A stretch of DNA of 64,000 nucleotides, taken from positions 75,530 through 139,529 of the forward strand of contig JBHGAY010000010.1 of the NCBI GenBank assembly GCA_041946735.1. Reading direction: 5' to 3'. The notes beneath the pieces were generated by a model. That model made no database searches and was not told where the DNA came from. It saw nothing but the letters and a program-made list of their open reading frames with translations. The stretch's first letter is position 1, and each line of letters begins with the position of its first letter. This stretch comes from Candidatus Eiseniibacteriota bacterium (lineage in GTDB: Bacteria > Eisenbacteria > RBG-16-71-46 > CAIMUX01 > VGJL01). This document shows positions 57,919 through 64,000 of this stretch, one piece after another. Made by a program: the position numbers and the translations under genes.

Positions 57919-58549
57919 CCGGCGCCGCCGCCGGCGCCTGCGCCTCGCAGCGAGCTTGCTCCTCGCGCTCGGCGTTGCATCCGTCCTGAGCGCGCGAGCC
58001 GGCGCAGTGGACCCCGCGAGCGCTCCGCCCAAGCTCTCGATCCTGTTTCTCTCGCCGCAAGGCTTCGACGTCCGCTATGAGGCGAGCATGCGCTTCGCCG
58101 CCCCTGCCCGCCTCGTCTGGAACACGATCACCGACTACGACCGCCTCGCCTCCTTCCTGCCCGGGCTCGACTCGAGCCGCGTGGTGGGGCGCGACGCCGG
58201 CGCGATCCTCGTTCGCCAGGCCGGATCGGCGCGGTTCCTCGTCACGCGCCGCTTCGCGTTCACGCTCGAGATGCGCGAGCATCCGATCGAGCGGATCGAC
58301 TTCCGAATGCGCGAGGGGACGCTCGACGCCTACGAAGGCACGTGGCGCGTCCTCGCCGATCCAGCCGATCTCGCCGATCCAGCCGATCCCGCCGACTCCA
58401 GCTCGACGCTCGTCCTCTACCGCGTCAGCCTCTCGAGCGGTCTGCCGGTCCCGCGGCCGCTTCTACGCTCCCTCGTGAAGCGCCAGATGGAAAAGATGGC
58501 CGAGGCCCTGGCGCAGGAGATCGCCCGGCGGCAAGGCCGAGCGGGGTAG
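57908..58549 (+). CDS. SRPBCC/polyketide cyclase family protein
   Basis: VWNTITDYDRLASFLPGL, YEGTWRV, N-terminal hydrophobic segment. Confidence 0.75.
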   Translation: MSCSRRRRRRLRLAASLLLALGVASVLSARAGAVDPASAPPKLSILFLSPQGFDVRYEASMRFAAPARLVWNTITDYDRLASFLPGLDSSRVVGRDAGAILVRQAGSARFLVTRRFAFTLEMREHPIERIDFRMREGTLDAYEGTWRVLADPADLADPADPADSSSTLVLYRVSLSSGLPVPRPLLRSLVKRQMEKMAEALAQEIARRQGRAG

Positions 58550-58632
58550 GGACGGCCGCAGGCGACACGGGCAGGGCGCGGCGGCGGCCGCCCGAACCGC
58601 GCGCGGCGCAGCTTCCGGGGTCTCCAGGCGCG

Positions 58633-58641
58633 TGCTACCAT
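58633..58641 (+). promoter_or_regulatory. Candidate extended -10 element for the gap operon
   Basis: TGCTACCAT about 55 nt upstream of ATG 58695. Confidence 0.45.
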
Positions 58642-58694
58642 CGCCGAGGATTCACGTTCCGGGGGATTCCTGCGGGAAGAGGAGAAGGTTGGGC

Positions 58695-59702
58695 ATGAGT
58701 GTACGAGTGGGGATCATGGGGTTCGGGCGGATCGGAAGGAACGCATTTCGCATCATCACCCAGAGCCATCCGGGGATCGAGGTCGTCGCGATCGTCGACG
58801 TTGCCGACCCGAAGGCGCTGGAGTACCTCCTCCGCTTCGATACGGTGCACGGACCCTTCACCGAGTCGTTCTCCGTGAAGGGGGATGCGATGTACCACCG
58901 GGGCCGGCAGATCCGGATGTTGACGAAGCGGGAGCCGGGCGAGGTGGACTGGAAGGCGCTCGGGGTGGAAATCGTCATCGAAGCGACCGGGAAATACCGC
59001 TACCGCGCGCAGCTCGAGAAGCATCTCGAGGCCGGAGCGAAGAAGGTGATCCTGACCGTCCCGCCGCGCGACGACCTCGACGCGGTGATCGTTTCCGGGG
59101 TGAACGATTACATTCTGACCGCGAGCCACCGGATCGTCTCGACCGGATCGTGCACGTCGAACTGCCTGGCGCCGATCGCTCGCGTGCTGAACGACGCGTT
59201 CGGGATCGAGAAGGGGTTCATGACGACGGTGCACGCCTACACGAACGATCAGCGGCTTGCCGACGTCCCGCACGAGGACCTGCGCCGAAGCCGCGCCGCC
59301 GCGGAGAACATCATCCCGACGACCACCTGGTCGCCTCTCGCCGTCGAGCGGATTCTGCCGGAGCTGGCGGGCAAGCTCGACGGGATCGCGGTGAACGTTC
59401 CGGTGCCCGACGGTTCGACGATCGATCTCGTGACGCTGATGAAGCGCCCGGTGACGCCCGAAGAGGTGAACGAGGTGGTGAAGAGCGCCGCGGAATCCAC
59501 CTACCGGCGCGTCATCGAGTACGCGACCGAGCCGATCGTCTCGAGCGACGTCATCGGCAACTCCCACTCGGCGATCTTCGACTCGCTCTCGACGTCCGTG
59601 CTGGGCGGCGACCTGTTGAAGACGATCTCGTGGTACGACAACGGCTGGGGGTACGCGACCCGGGTCGTCGAGCTGGTCGAGAAGCTCGCGGCGCTGAACT
59701 GA
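58695..59702 (+). CDS. Divergent type I glyceraldehyde-3-phosphate dehydrogenase-like protein
   Basis: GFGRIGR, GSCTSNCL, TVHAYT and WYDN present, but PTTTWSP and IAVNVP replace PTxTGAA and xAxRVP. Confidence 0.85.
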   Translation: MSVRVGIMGFGRIGRNAFRIITQSHPGIEVVAIVDVADPKALEYLLRFDTVHGPFTESFSVKGDAMYHRGRQIRMLTKREPGEVDWKALGVEIVIEATGKYRYRAQLEKHLEAGAKKVILTVPPRDDLDAVIVSGVNDYILTASHRIVSTGSCTSNCLAPIARVLNDAFGIEKGFMTTVHAYTNDQRLADVPHEDLRRSRAAAENIIPTTTWSPLAVERILPELAGKLDGIAVNVPVPDGSTIDLVTLMKRPVTPEEVNEVVKSAAESTYRRVIEYATEPIVSSDVIGNSHSAIFDSLSTSVLGGDLLKTISWYDNGWGYATRVVELVEKLAALN

Positions 59703-59721
59703 GGGGGAGGGGAAGACGAAG

Positions 59722-60729
59722 ATGGCAACGAGGATCGGAATCAACGGTTTCGGCCGCATCGGGCGGACCCTCTTCCGGATGATGGCGGACGCGCCCGACA
59801 TCGACGTCGTGGCGATCAACGACATCGCCGAGAGCAAAGCCCTTGCCTATCTGTTGAAGTACGACACCGTCATGGGGCGGTTCAAGGGGAACATCTCCGT
59901 CGAGGGGAGCCGCATGAAGGCCGGGCGCCACGCGGTCGACCTGCTCGCGATCAAGGATCCGGCGGAGCTGCCGTGGAAGGACCTCGGCGTCGAGTACGTG
60001 ATCGAGTCGACCGGCAAGTTCCGCGACCGCGCCACGCTCGAGAAGCACCTGAAGGCGGGCGCGCGCGCGCTCATCCTGACCGTGCCGGCGAAGGACGAGA
60101 TCGACGCGACGATCGTCATGGGGGTGAACGACGGCGACCTGAAGAAAGAGCACAAGCTCGTCTCGAACGCCTCCTGCACGACGAACTGCCTCGCGCCGAT
60201 CGCGAAGGTCCTGCATGAAAACTTCGGGATCGAGAAGGGGTACATGACGACGGTGCATGCCTACACGAACGATCAGCGCCTCGCCGACGTGCCCCACTCC
60301 GACTTCCGGCGCAGCCGCGCCGCCGCGGAGAACATCATCCCGACGACGACCGGCGCGGCGCGCGCCGTCGGCAAGGTCCTGCCGGCCCTGAAGGGCAAGC
60401 TCGATGGCATCGCGATGCGCGTGCCGGTGCCGGATGGCTCGACGGTCGACCTCGTCACGGTGATGAGCCGTCCCGTCACAGTGGAGGCGGTCAACGAGGC
60501 CGTGCGCAAGGCGGCCGACGGGCCGCTGAAGACGATCGTGGAGTACACCGACGAGCCGATCGTTTCGAGCGACGTGATCGGCAATTCGCACTCGGCGATC
60601 TTCGATGCGTCGGTCACGCGCGTCGTCGGCGACAACTATCTGAAGACGCTCGCGTGGTATGACAACGAGTGGGGCTATTCCTGCCGCGTGGTGGACCTCC
60701 TGCGGCGGATGATCTCGCTCGGCTCCTGA
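59722..60729 (+). CDS. gap: Type I glyceraldehyde-3-phosphate dehydrogenase
   Basis: INGFGRIGR, NASCTTNCL, PTTTGAA, AMRVP, WYDNEWGY. Confidence 0.95.
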   Translation: MATRIGINGFGRIGRTLFRMMADAPDIDVVAINDIAESKALAYLLKYDTVMGRFKGNISVEGSRMKAGRHAVDLLAIKDPAELPWKDLGVEYVIESTGKFRDRATLEKHLKAGARALILTVPAKDEIDATIVMGVNDGDLKKEHKLVSNASCTTNCLAPIAKVLHENFGIEKGYMTTVHAYTNDQRLADVPHSDFRRSRAAAENIIPTTTGAARAVGKVLPALKGKLDGIAMRVPVPDGSTVDLVTVMSRPVTVEAVNEAVRKAADGPLKTIVEYTDEPIVSSDVIGNSHSAIFDASVTRVVGDNYLKTLAWYDNEWGYSCRVVDLLRRMISLGS

Positions 60730-60871
60730 GAGGGCGTGAGGCCGCAAACGCTCTCGTAGGCATTGCAGAAGACGATCGACACACCGTTCGACCCACATCC
60801 CGTTCGGCCGGTGTCGGAGACGAATCCCGTCCGCGGGAATCCCGCACGCGGGAGAGAGGAGAAGGACGAAG

Positions 60872-61312
60872 ATGGCGGAAATCCGCAGGACCGCGCAGGC
60901 GGTCTGGACAGGAGACCTGAAGGGCGGCAAGGGCGAGATGACCGCGACGAGCGGCGCCTTCCAGCACACGCCCTACTCGTTCGCGACCCGCTTCGAGAGT
61001 GCTCCGGGGACGAATCCCGAGGAGCTGATCGCCGCCGCGCACGCCGCCTGCTTCAGCATGGCGTTTTCCGCCACGCTCGGCCGCAAGGGGCATACCCCGG
61101 AGCGGATCGAGACGAAGGCGACGTGCATCATGACTCCGCAGCCGACCGGCGGCTTCAAGATCACCCGGATGGAGCTGCAGACTCGGGGCAAGGTCCCTGG
61201 ACTGAGCGCGAACGAGTTCGTCGAGATCGCGAAGGAGGCAGAGCAAGGCTGTCCGGTCTCGGTGCTCCTGCGCCCGGGGGCGGAGATCCATCTCGACGCG
61301 CAGATGATGTAA
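60872..61312 (+). CDS. osmC: OsmC family peroxiredoxin
   Basis: TNPEELIAAAHAACFSMA, GCPVS. Confidence 0.93.
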   Translation: MAEIRRTAQAVWTGDLKGGKGEMTATSGAFQHTPYSFATRFESAPGTNPEELIAAAHAACFSMAFSATLGRKGHTPERIETKATCIMTPQPTGGFKITRMELQTRGKVPGLSANEFVEIAKEAEQGCPVSVLLRPGAEIHLDAQMM

Positions 61313-61349
61313 CGGCGCTGTAGACGTAGACGAGCGGATACGAGCGCGC

Positions 61350-61392
61350 GCGACCCGCCTGACGGCTCAACGCCGGGCGGGTCGCCTGTTTT
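61350..61392 (+). terminator. Intrinsic terminator after osmC
   Basis: gcgacccgcc...ggcgggtcgc followed by ctgtttt. Confidence 0.6.
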
Positions 61393-61517
61393 CGCTCTTG
61401 ACTGCGGTTTCGGCGGTTTCGGGGCCTGATGCACCTGCCTCTGTCGCCGGACGCGGCTCAGGCGTAACGTCGTGGCGGCGTTGCGTGCCAGACCGCGCGC
61501 CGGAAGAGAGGAGAAAG

Positions 61518-61988
61518 ATGCCTACTCTGCAGGAATCGGCACGCGCCTTCCTCTCGCAGGAGAGGATCGCCGTCGCCGGCGTCTCCCGCGACCCCAAGCA
61601 GACCGCCAACTTGATCGCCCGCAAGCTCGCCGCCTCGGGATCGCAGGTCTTTGCAGTCAACCCCCGCGCGTCGGAGATCGAAGGGAAGCCGAGCTATCCG
61701 GACCTGCGCTCGATCCCCGGCGGCGTGCAGGCGCTGCTCATCGTCACTCCGCCCGAAGCGGCGCTGCCTCTCGTGCGCGAGTGCGCGGAGGTCGGAGTCC
61801 GGCATGTCTGGATGCATCGCGGATTCGGAGCCGGTTCGCTTTCAAAAGACGCCGTCGACTTCTGCCGCCAGCACGAAATCGAAGTGATCCCCGGCGCCTG
61901 TCCATTGATGTACATCGACCACGCGGACTTCCCGCATCGCTGCATGCGAACCTTGATGGGATGGTTCGGAAAGCTGCCGCACGTGTAA
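61518..61988 (+). CDS. CoA-binding domain protein (YccU-like)
   Basis: IAVAGVSR, VNP, YPDL.SIP, VWMH, GACPLM. Confidence 0.85.
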   Translation: MPTLQESARAFLSQERIAVAGVSRDPKQTANLIARKLAASGSQVFAVNPRASEIEGKPSYPDLRSIPGGVQALLIVTPPEAALPLVRECAEVGVRHVWMHRGFGAGSLSKDAVDFCRQHEIEVIPGACPLMYIDHADFPHRCMRTLMGWFGKLPHV

Positions 61989-62029
61989 CGCGTAGCTCGC
62001 GCCGGTCATCGAGCGCGGAGGAGGGTCGA

Positions 62030-62458
62030 ATGGATCCGATCATCTCGAGATGCGGGTACCGGTGCGATCTCTGTCTCGCGTACCGGCCGAACTCCGAGGG
62101 CCACCCCGAGATCCGCGAGAAGCTGAGCGATGGGTGGTTTCGCTATTTCGGCTTCCGCCTTCCTCCGGAGAGCCTGGTGTGCGACGGGTGCCGGTCCGAG
62201 GAGCAAGGCCACCGCATCGATGACACCTGCCCGGTGCGTCCTTGCGTGATCGAGAAGGGGCTTCAGGACTGCGCGGACTGCGAGGAGTACGTCTGCGAAA
62301 AGCTGCGACCGCGGATCGTGCGGTTCGAGGAGGTGCAGGTGCGCGTCGAGGGGAGGATTCCCGACGAGGACCGACTCGCGTTCCTTCATCCCTACGAGAA
62401 CGCGACGCGGCTCGAAGCGCTGCGCCTGATGCGGAGGCAGCGGCGAGGGGGACGATGA
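62030..62458 (+). CDS. Cys-rich DUF3795-like protein
   Basis: CGYRCDLC, CDGC, CPVRPC..KG...CADC....C. RBS GGAGG. Confidence 0.75.
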   Translation: MDPIISRCGYRCDLCLAYRPNSEGHPEIREKLSDGWFRYFGFRLPPESLVCDGCRSEEQGHRIDDTCPVRPCVIEKGLQDCADCEEYVCEKLRPRIVRFEEVQVRVEGRIPDEDRLAFLHPYENATRLEALRLMRRQRRGGR

Positions 62459-63645
62459 GCCGCGTCTTCGGATATCCGGGTCACGAGCTGCTCGTCGAGG
62501 ACATCGTCCGCGCGGAGGACTGCTACCTCTACGACGCCCGCGGCAAACGCTACGTCGATCTCGAATCGGGCGTCTGGTGCACGTCGGTCGGGCATGGGAA
62601 TGGAAGGGTGCGCCGCGTCATGGCCGAGCAGGCGGAGAAGCTCACCCACGCCGGCTTCTGCTGGACGAGCCCGATCGTGAAGGAGGCGGCGGAGGAGGCG
62701 CTGGCGCTCGTCGGGATGGAAGGCGGCGCAGCGGTCTTCCTGTGTTCCGGCAGCGAGGCGATCGAGTACGGGATGCGCGTCGCGCAGGCGATTGCGGGGC
62801 CGGGCGCGGTGTTCCTCACCCTCGCCGATTCCTATTTCGGCGCGTACGGCTCCGCGCAAGCGCGGCGCGTGGACGAGTGGGTGACGCTCGACTGGCTCGG
62901 ATGCGCGACCTGCCGCGAGCAGCCGGACCGCTGCGAGCATTGGGGCGCGCTTCCGTGGGACCGGATCGCGGGGTTTCTGTTCGAACCGGGAAGCTCGTCG
63001 GGGCTCGTGCGATTCCCGCCCGCGCCGCTCGTCGAGCGGATCGTCGCGGAGGTACGGTCGCGCGGCGGGCTCGTGATGGTGAACGAGGTGACGACCGGCG
63101 TCGGGCGGACGGGCCGCTGGTTCGGATACCAGCACTACGGGATCGCGCCGGACGTCGTCGCCATCGGCAAGGGGATCGGCAACGGCTACCCGGTCAGCAT
63201 CGCGACTTTTGCGCGGGCGGTGGCCGAGCGCCTGGAAGAGAAGCTCGGGAGCGAGCCGATCCGATACGCGCAGTCACACCAGAACGACCCGCTCGGCGCC
63301 GCGGTCGCGCGCGAGGTGATCCGGATCGTGAGGGACGAGCGTCTCGTCGAGCGCGCGGAGCGGCTCGGACGGACGTTTGCAGCCGGGCTCGAGGGCGTGA
63401 AGGAGCGGACCGGCCGGATCGCAGAGATCCGGGCGCGGGGACTGATGATCGGCGTGGAGCTGGCCGGTGACGACGGCCTCGCTCGGATCACGCGCGTTCA
63501 CCGGGAACTGGTGCGCCGCGGCTACGTCGTCGGCCGGAGGCCCGGCGTCAACGTGCTCCGGATCGATCCGCCGCTCACCGTGGCGGAGGCCGATCTGGAC
63601 GGGTTCGCCGGGACGTTGGAGGAGGTGCTGCGGGAGGCACGGTGA
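62455..63645 (+). CDS. Class III PLP-dependent aminotransferase-family protein
   Basis: GKRYVD, SGSEAIE, EPG, NEVTTGVGRTG, PDVVAIGKGIGNG, RGLMIG, RIDPPL. Confidence 0.85.
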   Translation: MSRVFGYPGHELLVEDIVRAEDCYLYDARGKRYVDLESGVWCTSVGHGNGRVRRVMAEQAEKLTHAGFCWTSPIVKEAAEEALALVGMEGGAAVFLCSGSEAIEYGMRVAQAIAGPGAVFLTLADSYFGAYGSAQARRVDEWVTLDWLGCATCREQPDRCEHWGALPWDRIAGFLFEPGSSSGLVRFPPAPLVERIVAEVRSRGGLVMVNEVTTGVGRTGRWFGYQHYGIAPDVVAIGKGIGNGYPVSIATFARAVAERLEEKLGSEPIRYAQSHQNDPLGAAVAREVIRIVRDERLVERAERLGRTFAAGLEGVKERTGRIAEIRARGLMIGVELAGDDGLARITRVHRELVRRGYVVGRRPGVNVLRIDPPLTVAEADLDGFAGTLEEVLREAR

Positions 63646-63707
63646 ACCGGTGAGACCGGTGAACCGGCGAGACCGGTGAGCCGGTGAGACCGGTGAGCCG
63701 GTGAAGC
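63640..63707. repeat. 8/9-bp ccggtga(g/a) microrepeat array after the stop codon
   Basis: About 8 units of ccggtga, alternating 8 and 9 bp. Confidence 0.85.
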
Positions 63708-64000
63708 CACCGAGCGGCGGATCCAATCCGCCCGCCTGCACGCCGGCAGCGGCACTGCGGCAACCCGCGTAGTTCTCATGGATTAGGTCCAGATCCCGGC
63801 GATTCCGGGCGGAGTGCGTCCCGCCCGCCCCGGTTTCGAATCGGGAAATCGGCCGGGATCAGCCAGCACGGCGGCTCTCACGACCGTCAACACCGTTAGG
63901 ACCGTCGAGCAATCGCCTTGGAACGAGGGGACAGACCCGCAGACCAACGGTCAGAACGCACTTGATTACAGGCAAGTGCTCTTTGCTCGTCGGTCCAAAC

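Noticed and set aside
63740..63790. tmRNA-like tag (ENYA) on the minus strand
   Set aside because: No tRNA-like ends or ALAA-stop context, so the match is coincidental.

Overview
GC-rich (roughly 70% by eye) bacterial chromosomal window with about 48 CDS. I recognised no rRNA, tRNA, CRISPR array, transposase or prophage. Five secreted proteins carry a FlgD-Ig/T9SS-type C-terminal domain (CTD), alongside a PEP-CTERM protein, Omp85-like and porin-like barrels and two kinase-coupled ECF sigma factors. This suggests a diderm of the FCB-related candidate phyla (Eisenbacteria/Latescibacteria-like), which is inference only. Housekeeping content: korAB-type oxidoreductase, rpiA, two gap genes, moeA, moaC, cyclophilin, osmC, tenA, selD and rho. 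Most notable observations: (1) a Rho with an intact ATPase but no visible RNA-binding OB fold, which is replaced by about 230 aa of Arg/Gly/Asp-rich disorder; (2) a soluble kinase-STAND ATPase-TPR protein plus ECF sigma, convergent with two paralogous secreted proteins built from tandem LecA/PA-IL-like domains, with a candidate promoter motif that recurs beside the second ECF/kinase pair; (3) tandem GAPDH genes, the first lacking phosphate-binding residues but sharing a near-identical S-loop with the second; (4) a selenocysteine-encoding selD (UGA plus SECIS) that the ORF track truncates; (5) a PatA/PimA-like glycolipid gene pair; (6) pervasive short tandem duplications. All functional calls come from motifs read by eye, with no database searches.
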